NCBI GenBank assembly: GCA_002792635.1
Contig: PFOR01000015.1
Coordinates: 6,744 to 70,743 of the forward strand
Length of the DNA: 64,000 bases
Direction: 5' to 3'
From: Candidatus Pacearchaeota archaeon CG_4_10_14_0_2_um_filter_35_33
GTDB taxonomy: Archaea > Nanobdellota > Nanobdellia > Pacearchaeales > GW2011-AR1
Shown: positions 1-9,483 of the stretch, in pieces
Numbering within the stretch: position 1 is the stretch's first letter
Layout: the number at the start of each line of letters is the position of its first letter
Notes under the pieces: model-generated
The model's database searches: none
What the model saw: the letters and a program-made list of their open reading frames with translations, nothing else
Told to the model about the DNA's origin: nothing
Position numbers and translations under genes: made by a program

Positions 1-2
1 GC

Positions 3-830
3 AATTTACATCCTGGAACAATTTATTCAGTAAGTTCCAATGGAAAGTTTAGTAAAGGAAAGGTTTTACCTGACGAGGAAAGAAAAGGTTGTGTATTTGA
101 GATGTTGTATATAGCAAATGAGGAATCAACTCTGGACGAAGTTACAGTAGGAAGGGTTAGAGCCCAAATGGGAAGGCAAATGGCGAAAGAGATTAAGTTG
201 CCCGGTGTTCAATTTGTAACTTATGTTCCCCGATGTCCTAGGGCTGCAGCTGTTGCCTTGGCTCACGAATGGGGTGTTGAATCTGTGCAGGCATTTATGA
301 AAACACAGAAGAGAAGATCTTTTATGGGTCCCGATGAAGTTGAAAGAAGCGATTCAATAAAATCAAACTTGCATTTATTGAGAAAAAACGCTGAATTATT
401 AAGGGGAAAAATTGTTGCATTAATTGATGATAGTATAGTTAGGGGAAATAATATTAAATATGCAATCAAATTGCTGAATGAGGTTGGTGTGCAAAAGATA
501 CATGTCTTAAGTTATTCTCCCCGAATTGGGATTTATGATGAGTTTGGTAGGCCCAGTGGATGTGTTGATGGTACTGATATGCCTCCTTTAGATAATTTTG
601 TTTCTGTTAATAGAAAGGAGAGGAGAAACAGAACCTTAGAGGAAATAAGTAGAGAAATTGGAGCAGAGGTTCATTACCTGTCTTTGGAAGGCATGTTTAA
701 AGCTCTTGAAAATTCAGGAGTGAGGGATCCCAGAGATAACATGTGTTATAGGTGTATGGGTGGCCCGATTATTTTTGGTGGAGTAGAAAGAAAAATTCAA
801 TTGACTGTAAGTGCTAATGGAAACATTTAA
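3..830 (+). CDS. purF: Amidophosphoribosyltransferase (PurF)-like protein, C-terminal part; 5' end outside window
   Basis: Frame is open from the window edge (listed ORF 102..830 is the in-frame remainder). CVFEMLYIANEES resembles the PurF C.FEY.YFARPDS segment. VALIDDSIVRGNN is a type I PRTase PRPP-binding motif. Confidence 0.7.
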   Translation, partial: NLHPGTIYSVSSNGKFSKGKVLPDEERKGCVFEMLYIANEESTLDEVTVGRVRAQMGRQMAKEIKLPGVQFVTYVPRCPRAAAVALAHEWGVESVQAFMKTQKRRSFMGPDEVERSDSIKSNLHLLRKNAELLRGKIVALIDDSIVRGNNIKYAIKLLNEVGVQKIHVLSYSPRIGIYDEFGRPSGCVDGTDMPPLDNFVSVNRKERRNRTLEEISREIGAEVHYLSLEGMFKALENSGVRDPRDNMCYRCMGGPIIFGGVERKIQLTVSANGNI

Positions 831-854
831 ATTTAAATTAAGATATTAACTAGT

Positions 855-1091
855 ATGAAGTACGAAGATGATTTTATTCATTCAGTGATAAGGTTTGTTT
901 TGTGGGTTGCCGGACTTTTAATAGGCTTGGCAGTAGGGTTTGGAATGGTTGATGGCACCTTAAGAATATTGTTTCTTCCATTAGCTATAACTCAACTAGC
1001 AGGATGGCTTGCGATTGTTGCCATAGTTGTTGGGGTAATTTTAACAATAATTGAACATCTCAAAAATCAAAAAGATTTAAATAAGAAATAA
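855..1091 (+). CDS. Small two-helix membrane protein, unknown function
   Basis: 78-aa ORF with two long hydrophobic segments. No recognisable family. Confidence 0.45.
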   Translation: MKYEDDFIHSVIRFVLWVAGLLIGLAVGFGMVDGTLRILFLPLAITQLAGWLAIVAIVVGVILTIIEHLKNQKDLNKK

Positions 1092-1104
1092 TCTTAGATA
1101 TGAT

Positions 1105-1584
1105 ATGGTTGCGAAAAAGAAGAGTTTTAAGAAGGGCGCGAAAAATATGTCCAAGAAAACTGGCAAAAAGAATATGAAGAAGAACACAAAGAAACCAATG
1201 GTCAAAACTGCAAAAAAGATGCCAAAGAAGAGTTCTAAGAAGGGTTCTGGAAGAGGCTCAGGTTATGCTGTTAATGTTATGCAAAGGACTGCCTCTGATA
1301 TTGGAAGGACGGCAGAAAGGACAGTAGATTCGATGGCCATGACGGTAAGAGGAAGAAGAAGACCTACGATGGAAATTGCAATTATCTCATTAATCTTAAA
1401 CATAATTGTTCCCGGTTTGGGAAGTATTATTGGTGGAAAAACTAAGCAGGGTATCTGGCAAGTTATTTTATTGGTTATCGGTACAATATTAAGTGTGATT
1501 GGAATTGGTATCTTTATGATACTAATCGCTTGGATCTGGGCATTGGTTAGTGGAATACATCTTATTATGGATGCTAATAGATAA
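1105..1584 (+). CDS. Membrane protein with Lys-rich N-terminal tail and C-terminal two-helix domain
   Basis: 159-aa ORF. The first ~50 aa are K-rich. The C-terminus has a hydrophobic pair, IIVPGLGSIIGGKTKQGIWQVILLVIG.. Confidence 0.55.
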   Translation: MVAKKKSFKKGAKNMSKKTGKKNMKKNTKKPMVKTAKKMPKKSSKKGSGRGSGYAVNVMQRTASDIGRTAERTVDSMAMTVRGRRRPTMEIAIISLILNIIVPGLGSIIGGKTKQGIWQVILLVIGTILSVIGIGIFMILIAWIWALVSGIHLIMDANR

Positions 1585-1585
1585 A

Positions 1586-1858
1586 TTAGATAAATACATT
1601 TCTAAGGTAGCTAAGGTAGTTTAGTATTGTTGCGAATGATGCCCATAGAAAGTACGGAACTAACATCCATCCTGCTTTTTTATCAATTTTGAATGTGAAT
1701 ACTAACATGAATATAATTGAAACCTAAATCAATAAGAGGTCATAAAATGCCCGCAATATCTCTTGTTGTCCAAAAAATAGGAAACTCCATAATGCGTTAG
1801 CAATTAGATTAATACCAAACGCAATTCCAATCTGCTTTTTCTTTAATTCCTTCAAATA
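1586..1858 (-). pseudogene. TspO/MBR-family protein, C-terminal fragment with in-frame TAG
   Basis: Minus frame reads ..INLIANALWSFLFFGQQEILRAFYDLLLI*VSIIFMLVFTFKIDKKAGWMLVPYFLWASFATILNYLSYL. LN..WS.LFF and PY..W..FA..LN are TspO hallmarks. The N-terminal half is absent and there is a TAG at 1724..1726. Confidence 0.6.
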
Positions 1859-2050
1859 CTATGAATGCATCGTACAATCTTTCAAATTTTGCGCCTCTTG
1901 ATAATCCAGATACCCTCTCTGCAGTTTCGTGAGATATTGGATGTTTTTCTGAATCATATGGGATAATTATCTGTTCACTAACCATTTCAGAAACACAAAT
2001 GAACCGTTTTTAAATTTTATCAAGCATGTCACTTAATAATTAATACAAAT

Positions 2051-3331
2051 CTATTTCTTCCCACCTATCTTGGTTTTCCCTAAATATTTTTGCAGAGCTT
2101 TTGGAACCTTTACACATCCATCTTTTTGCTGGAAATTCTCCAGAATTGCCACTAACGCCCTTGATGTTGCGATAGCAGTATTATTTAATGTGTGGGGATA
2201 CATCTTCTGATTATCCTTATCTACGAACCGGATTCCTAATAGTCTCGCCTGAGCATCAGTCATGTTAGTTACAGATGTTATTTCTTGATAGATCTTTTCT
2301 ATTGGACGCCAAACTTCTAAGTCTGCTCCTCTTGCCTTTAAGTCTGACAAGTCTCCAGTGCAAGATTCATTCTCTCTGATAGGTAACTTCAGTTTTTTGA
2401 ATAAATCTTTGCTTAATTTTAACAATTCATCATAATACTTCCAGGAATCTTTTGGATGGCAGATGACAACCATCTCTTGTTTATTGAATTGATGCGTTCT
2501 ATATAGTCCTTTTTCATTTATCCCGTGGCTTCCTATTTCTTTTCTAAAACACATTGAGTAAGCAGTCAACTTTATAGGAAGCTGAGTATGATTTAACATC
2601 TTATCAAAATACATTCCAATTAATGGATGTTCAGATGTTGCAATTAAATACAAATCTTCATCCTGGATCTTATAAGCCATTTGATCAATCTCGGCTTTGG
2701 TGTAAACACCTTTTAATATATCCTGACGGATCATTAAGGGAGGTTCGACATATTCGTACCCTGCCTTAACCATGAAATCTCTTGCGTAATTTATCAACGC
2801 CTGATTTAATAATGCTAAATCTCCTTTCATAAAATAGAATCCTTTTCCTGATGTTTCTGCTGATGCATCGAAATCTAACCAGCCATTCATCTCTCCAAGC
2901 TTAATATGGTTTTTTGGTTTGAAGGAAAACTTAGGAGGCTTTCCCATTATTTCCCGGACTTTGTTATCTTTATCACTCTTCCCTTTAGGAACGTCAGGAT
3001 GCATGATATTAGGAATCTGAACCAATAAAGAATCCAAGTCTTCTCTAATTTTGTTCATTTCCTTTTCGTTATTGGTTATTTTATCCGGAATTACTTTGGC
3101 TTTCTTTAATAGGCTTTTAATATCTTTCTTTTGTTTCTTGGCCTCTGAGATTTCCTTAGAAACTTTATTCCTATTAGTCCTTAGAAGGTCGTTATTCCTT
3201 TTCAGCTTTCGCCATTTGGCATCTTTTTTGGTAAACTCATCCACAAGCTTTAGTTTATCATATTGGAGCTTCCTCTTTATGTTCTCTTTTACTAAATCAG
3301 GGTCTTTTCTGATAATTTGGATATCAATCAT
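2051..3331 (-). CDS. serS: Seryl-tRNA synthetase
   Basis: 426 aa. N-terminal coiled-coil arm followed by a class II core (FRKEIGSHG, YRTHQFNKQEMV, NNTAIATSRALVAILEN). Confidence 0.95.
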   Translation of the reverse strand: MIDIQIIRKDPDLVKENIKRKLQYDKLKLVDEFTKKDAKWRKLKRNNDLLRTNRNKVSKEISEAKKQKKDIKSLLKKAKVIPDKITNNEKEMNKIREDLDSLLVQIPNIMHPDVPKGKSDKDNKVREIMGKPPKFSFKPKNHIKLGEMNGWLDFDASAETSGKGFYFMKGDLALLNQALINYARDFMVKAGYEYVEPPLMIRQDILKGVYTKAEIDQMAYKIQDEDLYLIATSEHPLIGMYFDKMLNHTQLPIKLTAYSMCFRKEIGSHGINEKGLYRTHQFNKQEMVVICHPKDSWKYYDELLKLSKDLFKKLKLPIRENESCTGDLSDLKARGADLEVWRPIEKIYQEITSVTNMTDAQARLLGIRFVDKDNQKMYPHTLNNTAIATSRALVAILENFQQKDGCVKVPKALQKYLGKTKIGGKK

Positions 3332-3392
3332 AAAAAGAAAATAGAAACAGAATATATAAACTTTAACAAAAATAAATTTAAGGACTCAAAAC

Positions 3393-3512
3393 TTATTCGT
3401 CCTCTTCCTCTTCGTCGTCTTCATCGGAGTCCTCTTCCTCTTCGTCGTCTTCGTCCTTGTCGTCCTCCATGTCTTCTTCGTCGTCTTCGTGTTCTTCTTC
3501 TTCCTCTTCCAT
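3393..3512 (-). CDS. Candidate 39-aa poly-acidic micro-protein
   Basis: Hand-translated as MEEEEEEHEDDEEDMEDDKDEDDEEEEDSDEDDEEEEDE*. GGAGG lies ~8 nt upstream of the ATG, and the ORF sits 61 nt upstream of serS on the same strand. The listed + ORF 3317..3517 is its antisense shadow. Confidence 0.35.
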   Translation of the reverse strand: MEEEEEEHEDDEEDMEDDKDEDDEEEEDSDEDDEEEEDE

Positions 3513-3651
3513 GTTAGTGCCCTCCTTTCACTTTTCTCAGATATCTAAATGGTTTTTAAACTTTCCTGCAGAAAATAAACTCTAATTCAGGGACGACAAT
3601 AGCTTAATAAATACAGAAGCAATATGGATTAAGCCAAAGGAGGTGAATTAA

Positions 3652-3699
3652 ATGGCAAGAGCAAAACCTGCAAAGAAGAAAGCTACTAAGAAGAAGTAA
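3652..3699 (+). CDS. Candidate 15-aa basic micro-ORF (MARAKPAKKKATKKK)
   Basis: ATG is preceded by AAGGAGGTGA with 5-nt spacing. It lies upstream of membrane gene 3770..4429, so it may be a leader peptide or may be spurious. Confidence 0.3.
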   Translation: MARAKPAKKKATKKK

Positions 3700-3769
3700 G
3701 GCAGATCGAGCTTCTAACCTTTTTGTTGTTTTTGTTAAGTTTTATAAATCTTGATTTCTTAAAGAAGTT

Positions 3770-4429
3770 ATGTCATTGGAATCAATAAAAGAGGGTTTCC
3801 TGGCAGGATACAATCAGTTCATTTCACCTATCCCTGCGGAAATACAGCCAATCATAAATCTGATTATCTTTGCTTTTCTTATAGCTATTTATTCCATATT
3901 TACGTGGCACTTTTATAGAAACCTTTCTAAGAAAGACATAATAGAACTTAACTTAAAGAGATATAACAGAACGACTCATCCCTTCTTGAATAAGATTGTT
4001 GCTTCGGCATTTAATTTTCTGGAATACATTGTTATCTTGCCTTTTCTGATTTTCTTTTGGTTTGCGATTTTGGCATTCATAATCTTGGTACTTGCATCTG
4101 AACAAAGGGCTCAACAAATAATAACAATTGCAGCAGCAGTTGTTGCAGCGATAAGAATTCTTTCTTACTATTCTGAAGATCTTTCAAAAGATCTAGCAAA
4201 GTTATTCCCATTCACCATTCTTTCCATATTTTTGTTGTCTCCAACATTCTTCACAATAGATAGAATTTTGTCATTCGTTACAGAGATTCCCGCTTTCTTT
4301 AGCATTGTCTTTTATTATCTAATATTTATAATTGCATTAGAATTAATCCTTAGACTTTTGGATACGATTGTTAATTTGTTCCATAGTGAAGATTCACCTG
4401 TTCCTGTTCCAGAGCCTTCAGAAAAATAA
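3770..4429 (+). CDS. Polytopic membrane protein, unknown function
   Basis: 219-aa ORF with several hydrophobic helices. Confidence 0.6.
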   Translation: MSLESIKEGFLAGYNQFISPIPAEIQPIINLIIFAFLIAIYSIFTWHFYRNLSKKDIIELNLKRYNRTTHPFLNKIVASAFNFLEYIVILPFLIFFWFAILAFIILVLASEQRAQQIITIAAAVVAAIRILSYYSEDLSKDLAKLFPFTILSIFLLSPTFFTIDRILSFVTEIPAFFSIVFYYLIFIIALELILRLLDTIVNLFHSEDSPVPVPEPSEK

Positions 4430-4430
4430 T

Positions 4431-6158
4431 TTATCTTCCGTGGCTATCTTTATTGGGATGTTCGTGACCTTCGTCTGATCTTTCTTTCAATTCCTTAAGA
4501 TGGTCTTGTCCTTCCTTCTTAAGCTTCTTTGGAAGGTAATTGTGTTTTGATAGCAGATTTGCAATGTGTGCTCCTCCAAGGAAGTGTGGCATTATAACAT
4601 AAACTGCTCCTGCTTTGTATAAGTCAAAGCTATCTTTGATTGAGTGCGATGTTGGGACAAACGAAACATTGTGCTTTGACAATTTCTGGAGTATGTGCAG
4701 ATTAACATGTTTAGCAGGAATTGTTGAAACTACGAGCTTAACTTTATCTAGGTTTAGTCTATCAAGAAGCTCTGTATCATGTGCATCACCATAAAAGGCA
4801 GGGATTCCTCTTGCAGACAAATCAGTTATGACTGTTGGATTGTAATCAACAACTAGAAACTTCTTCTTGGATTTATTGAAACTCTTAAGCAGATTGAATC
4901 CTATTCTGTTATAACCAAATAGTATTATTTCATAATCTCTTAAGGCATTCTTTCCAAATGATTTGGGCATTTCCCTTAGGTTCCTTCTTTCGAATATGCT
5001 TAATGATTGTGCTAGTATGTGGTACAACTTTTCATTGTATTTGATGAAATAAGTTGAGCCGGCTATTGTGATAAGTCCGACTGCAGTTGCGAAGGATAGA
5101 ATTTCTGATGGGATGTGTCCGATGGTCACTCCTAATGCTATCAATATTAGCGAAAATTCGCTTATTTGTGCTACTGTTAATCCTGCTAAGAAGCTGTTTC
5201 TCTTTGTATACCTCATCATACCCATGATTGCTAGAACAATTATTGGGTTGCCTAATAATATGAACACAGAGAATATTATTATTGGAACTATCTGGTCTAT
5301 TACATTTCCTAAAACCATCTGAGAGCCAAGCCATATGAAGAACAATACAACAAAGAAGTCTCTTAATGGACTCATCTTTGAAGATATCTCATATCTGTAT
5401 GGAGATAGGGAAAGAGATATACCTGCTAATAATGCCCCCATTTCCATTGAAAAGTTGAAATAAGAAAATGCTGCAGCAACTGCAAAACACCAGCCTATGG
5501 CAAAAAGCAAAAGAAGCTCTTGAGAGTGAGCCATCTTTTTTGTAATATAAGGTAGAACATACATCCCAATTAAGAACAAGCCCATGATTAATGCTAGTCC
5601 AATCATTAATGTTGTGGAAAGAACTTCTGAGATCACTGCGTTTTCGGAGAATGCAGAGATGCCCATTAAAACAAAAATCGCTATGAAGTCTTGAACGATA
5701 AGAAAACCAACTGAAATTTTTCCGTATAAAGTTTCAAGGTCTCTTTTATCCGATAATAATTTAGTGATTATAATTGTACTACTGAATGTGAATGCTAGGG
5801 ATATGTATAAGGCAGGAATTAATTCAAAACCAAGGCCTCTTGCAATAAAGAACCCTGCGATTGATGTGAATAAGACTTGACCCACTCCAGTTATCAATGA
5901 AACTGCTCCAACTTCCTTGATGACTCTTGGATTTAAGTTCAACCCAACCAAGAACAACAAGAATGTAATTCCAATTTTAGAGAAAATTGTGATTGTTTCT
6001 GAAGAATCAACGAGATTTAGGAAAGAAGCTCCGACAAGTATCCCTGTGATAATATATCCTATGATTAAGGGCTGTCTCAAGAGTCTCATAACGGCTGAAA
6101 CGGCTACGGCTATAATTATTATCAAACTTAATTCAATGAAAATCGTTTCAAGGACCAT
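4431..6158 (-). CDS. CPA2-type cation:proton antiporter with C-terminal TrkA-N/RCK domain (Kef-like)
   Basis: 575 aa. About 380 aa form a Na+/H+-exchanger-like polytopic domain, followed by a Rossmann-like IILFGYNRIGFNL..VVDYNP segment. Confidence 0.85.
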   Translation of the reverse strand: MVLETIFIELSLIIIIAVAVSAVMRLLRQPLIIGYIITGILVGASFLNLVDSSETITIFSKIGITFLLFLVGLNLNPRVIKEVGAVSLITGVGQVLFTSIAGFFIARGLGFELIPALYISLAFTFSSTIIITKLLSDKRDLETLYGKISVGFLIVQDFIAIFVLMGISAFSENAVISEVLSTTLMIGLALIMGLFLIGMYVLPYITKKMAHSQELLLLFAIGWCFAVAAAFSYFNFSMEMGALLAGISLSLSPYRYEISSKMSPLRDFFVVLFFIWLGSQMVLGNVIDQIVPIIIFSVFILLGNPIIVLAIMGMMRYTKRNSFLAGLTVAQISEFSLILIALGVTIGHIPSEILSFATAVGLITIAGSTYFIKYNEKLYHILAQSLSIFERRNLREMPKSFGKNALRDYEIILFGYNRIGFNLLKSFNKSKKKFLVVDYNPTVITDLSARGIPAFYGDAHDTELLDRLNLDKVKLVVSTIPAKHVNLHILQKLSKHNVSFVPTSHSIKDSFDLYKAGAVYVIMPHFLGGAHIANLLSKHNYLPKKLKKEGQDHLKELKERSDEGHEHPNKDSHGR

Positions 6159-6245
6159 TCCTCTTTTCCTTGGTTAAAGAAATGGGCTCTGTTTTATATA
6201 TGTTGCTATGAGAAGATTTAAAAAGCAATTTTTTCTAATCAAATC

Positions 6246-6554
6246 ATGGCTAGAGTAAGGATTAAACTCAATAGCGTAGACATAAAGGCATTGAATGAGA
6301 TAGTGGGAATGATTAAAGAAATCGCTGACAGAACTGGAGTTATAATGAGGGGTCCTGTTCCGCTGCCTACAAAAAAGATGAAAGTTACCACAAGAAAGAG
6401 TCCTTGCGGTGATGGAACTGCTACTTTTGACAGATTTGAAATGAGAGTTCATAAGAGGATTATAGATTTACCTGCTGAAGATAGAGTTTTGCATCCTATA
6501 ATGCATCTCAATATTCCTAGAAGCGTTCAGATAAAGATTGAGATGAAAGAGTAA
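6246..6554 (+). CDS. rps10: Ribosomal protein uS10 (S10)
   Basis: 102 aa. MARVRIKL..GPVPLPTKK..TTRKSPCGDGTATFDRFEMRVHKR is the archaeal S10 pattern. Confidence 0.95.
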   Translation: MARVRIKLNSVDIKALNEIVGMIKEIADRTGVIMRGPVPLPTKKMKVTTRKSPCGDGTATFDRFEMRVHKRIIDLPAEDRVLHPIMHLNIPRSVQIKIEMKE

Positions 6555-6593
6555 AACAACAATTCTTTTATATGCTTGTCAAAATGATATTGG

Positions 6594-7127
6594 ATGGGAT
6601 TGATAGCTTCGGTTCTTCCGAGAGATGAGTTTGATAGCCTCCTTCTAATTTATGATATAAAAATTCGGTGATTTAAGAGTAGGTTCGTCTGGTGGGAAGG
6701 TTAAATCGGGAGAAACTCCAAGGAAGTGTGGAATTAGAGAACTAAAAGAAGAACTTGATATCAAAAAGTTCTTGTGTTTTATTCCATTAAAGTGTGGGGC
6801 TTGTTTGAACTTTTGGATGCTCAAGGTTGCATTCATTCATGCACTAAAGTATATGGTTTTCTGCATCGGCAACCTTGACATAACAGTTAGACTTGATAGA
6901 TTTATAGGCACTTATAGAACAACTTCTCCTGAAGGAGATTTCCTAGCATTTACTTATTTTACAACAATAATAGATGGCAGCCGAAAATAATGGAGCCTAG
7001 GAAGATAGGCCATTATGATTGGTTTGACCTTGAATCGATAGAGAGATTGGCAGAAAAAACAGGGACAGTTAATCCTAATTTAATAAGTCCGTTGTCAGAG
7101 ATTAAAAGATACATCGAGGGAAACTAA
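6594..7127 (+). pseudogene. Nudix hydrolase disrupted by two homopolymer frameshifts and a 126-nt repeat insertion
   Basis: Nudix box GGKVKSGETPRKCGIRELKEELDI. The frame breaks at A-run 6659..6663 and at the A-run near 6985. The repeat element occupies 6758..6883 in-frame. Confidence 0.7.
6758..6883 (-). repeat. MITE-like modular repeat, copy A (full length, inside the Nudix gene)
   Basis: The reverse complement is near-identical to 16599..16726. It differs by a few substitutions and a 2-nt indel in the CCACAC-TTTA-GTGTGG hairpin. Confidence 0.85.
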
Positions 7128-8101
7128 TCCTTTTTCCTTTCGTGCTCTTCGACATAACCACCGATAACTGTTAATGGTGCTTTAATCGTTCCGTGCGATT
7201 GATAGTTTTCCAGGATGATGTGTTCTGGTTTTATATTTTCAAGAGATGTTGCTTCAGGACTTATCTTAAGTTTAGCAAAGGGTAATGGTTCTCTTGAAAT
7301 TTGTTCATTTACCTGATTAAAGTGATTTTCATATATGTGAACATCTCCAAAAGTATGAATAAACTCTCCAGGTTCATATCCGGCAAGATGTGCTAGGATA
7401 TGTGTAAGCAAAGCGTAAGAAGCAATATTAAATGGCACTCCAAGAAAAACATCTGCAGACCTTTGATATAAATGCAATGACAATTTGCCATTACTAACGC
7501 TTACCTGATACATGTTGTGACAGATTGGGAATCTACATGCCTCTTCAGGTTTTGCCATATCGTACAAGTAAGGCGGATTCCATGAATTTACAATAGCATT
7601 ATGGCAGTGAGGATCTTGTTTGACTTCATTTAAAACCCATTGTAATTGGTCTATTTTTCTGCCATCATTAGCAGGCCAACTTCTCCATAACTCTCCATAA
7701 ATATGTTTCAAAACACCATGTTTCTGAGCAAACTCATCATCATTTTTAATCCTGGAAATAAATTCTTCCTTAGTCATCTCCGGCAATTCACCCTTGTCAG
7801 ATTTCATCTTATACAATTTATACGGATAATCATCCCAAATATGGACATTGTTATCCACAAGATATTTGATATTATTCATACCCTTAAGAAACCAAAATAG
7901 TTCATGTAAAACACCATTCCAATACACTTTTTTTGTTGTTAATAATGGGAACCCTTTAGATAAGTCAAATCTCAATTGTTTTCCCAACCGGCTGTATGTT
8001 TTGACTTTAGTCTTTAAATCAACCTGCTCAGCACCATTATCCCTGATGTCTCTTAGAAGGTCTAGGTATTGCTTTTCAGGATGCCTCTCCCCCTTTTCCA
8101 T
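7124..8101 (-). CDS. thyA: Thymidylate synthase (ThyA type)
   Basis: 325 aa. Has the ..RFPICHNMYQ.. active-site Cys region and DVFLGVPFNIASYALL. Confidence 0.93.
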   Translation of the reverse strand: MEKGERHPEKQYLDLLRDIRDNGAEQVDLKTKVKTYSRLGKQLRFDLSKGFPLLTTKKVYWNGVLHELFWFLKGMNNIKYLVDNNVHIWDDYPYKLYKMKSDKGELPEMTKEEFISRIKNDDEFAQKHGVLKHIYGELWRSWPANDGRKIDQLQWVLNEVKQDPHCHNAIVNSWNPPYLYDMAKPEEACRFPICHNMYQVSVSNGKLSLHLYQRSADVFLGVPFNIASYALLTHILAHLAGYEPGEFIHTFGDVHIYENHFNQVNEQISREPLPFAKLKISPEATSLENIKPEHIILENYQSHGTIKAPLTVIGGYVEEHERKKD

Positions 8102-8132
8102 ATTTTTCTATTATTGAAGGAATATATAAGTT

Positions 8133-8537
8133 TTATTGTGAAATACCTACGGAGCTTCTAGCATGGTATAATGCATCTTCAACATCTTCTTGGTCTACTC
8201 CGATGGGTTCAATCGCTTCGGCTGTTTGGGATATTGCTTTTCTAAAATGAACAGAACCAGCATCTTTCATAAAGTAATAACCTATTCTTTTTTCAAATCC
8301 ATTCTTGCTGGAAGTTGTTTCTACAAGGGTATATCTCCCATTGTTTACAACTAGAGAGTAATCTATTCTACCCCCTAAGTTGATATCGGAAGAGCCTATC
8401 CCTAAAACAGAAGTTTCTCCGGACCTAAATTCCGAGTTTGCTTTGGCCACAACCTCCAAAATAGAATCATCATTAATAAACTCTCCTCTCGCCAATGCCT
8501 CTCCTCTTAATCCATAAATCTCATGATTAAAATCCAT
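8133..8537 (-). CDS. Hypothetical protein
   Basis: 134-aa ORF with no recognisable motif. Confidence 0.45.
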   Translation of the reverse strand: MDFNHEIYGLRGEALARGEFINDDSILEVVAKANSEFRSGETSVLGIGSSDINLGGRIDYSLVVNNGRYTLVETTSSKNGFEKRIGYYFMKDAGSVHFRKAISQTAEAIEPIGVDQEDVEDALYHARSSVGISQ

Positions 8538-8610
8538 CTTATGGGAAAACTGGATGGTATAAAAATATTTCAGTAATAATCTTTATATAATCCGGCCGTT
8601 AGAGATACTC

Positions 8611-9027
8611 ATGGAAATAAAAATCAAGAAGCTTCATCCAGATGCAAAAGCCCCCATTCATGCAACATCAGGGTCTGCGGGATTTGATATTTATGCCTTG
8701 AAAGATATTGTTTTGGAACCTGGAACAACCACTATAGTTCCTACAGGTGTAGCCTTTGAGATTCCTCCGGAATATTATGTAAGGATTGAGGATAGAAGTG
8801 GAATGGCAATAAAAGGAATCCATAAGGTAGCAGGAATCATAGACTCTGATTATAGGGGGGAAGTCGGAATTGTTTTGCACAATAGCAATAAAGAACCTTA
8901 CAAGATAGAAAAACACAATAGGATTGCTCAAGGGATTTTGACTCCAGTGAATCAGGCTAATTTTGTGGAGAGCGAGTTATCGGATACTGAAAGAGGCACT
9001 GGAGGATTTCATTCTACAGGGAAATAA
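8611..9027 (+). CDS. dut: dUTP diphosphatase (dUTPase)
   Basis: Motifs GSAGFDI, IIDSDYRGEV and RGTGGFHSTG. Confidence 0.9.
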   Translation: MEIKIKKLHPDAKAPIHATSGSAGFDIYALKDIVLEPGTTTIVPTGVAFEIPPEYYVRIEDRSGMAIKGIHKVAGIIDSDYRGEVGIVLHNSNKEPYKIEKHNRIAQGILTPVNQANFVESELSDTERGTGGFHSTGK

Positions 9028-9048
9028 GTTTATATATTTATTAAAATA

Positions 9049-9480
9049 ATGAAAAAGAAAATTTTAATTTCCTCTGCAATTACATTTGTTCTTTTACTAA
9101 GTCTAGTAACATCAATACATGAAATAGAAAAAGTTGAAACAAAAAATCTTGTAGCTGACAATGGGGTGTGCGAATATTACGAAAAAGTATTCGAGATAGG
9201 AGAAAAAGATGACGTAATGATTAACGGACAAAAAGTTTCTATGGAACTAACAAAAATCGAACAGGAAAACCAGTTCTTCTACGGCTACTGGAAGCTTAAT
9301 GACTATGAAGGCATTGTAAAAAACGACGATTTCTTTACAAGAAATGAAAACAAAGCATTAAGTCATGTTAAATTCTCCTTTAACAGGGAGGGCGATTCAG
9401 AAACAACAAAATCAATAGGTTTTGACGAAGCCGCCTATTATACGGTTGACTGCACTGACGGCTACAACAAGCAGTTCTGA
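9049..9480 (+). CDS. Secreted/anchored hypothetical protein
   Basis: 143 aa with an N-terminal hydrophobic helix. Confidence 0.5.
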   Translation: MKKKILISSAITFVLLLSLVTSIHEIEKVETKNLVADNGVCEYYEKVFEIGEKDDVMINGQKVSMELTKIEQENQFFYGYWKLNDYEGIVKNDDFFTRNENKALSHVKFSFNREGDSETTKSIGFDEAAYYTVDCTDGYNKQF

Positions 9481-9483
9481 TTT

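Noticed and set aside
3317-3517. Listed + strand ORF with LPLRRL repeats
   Set aside because: It is the antisense reading of a GAA/GAC/GAG-rich stretch. The minus-strand acidic ORF has an ATG and an SD sequence, whereas this ORF overlaps the serS start and has no RBS.
6772-6990. Listed 72-aa ORF MCFIPLKCGACLNFW.. as a genuine Cys-rich protein
   Set aside because: Its first 37 codons are the MITE-like element read in one frame, and the remainder is the C-terminal part of the Nudix gene. It starts at a TTG inside that gene.
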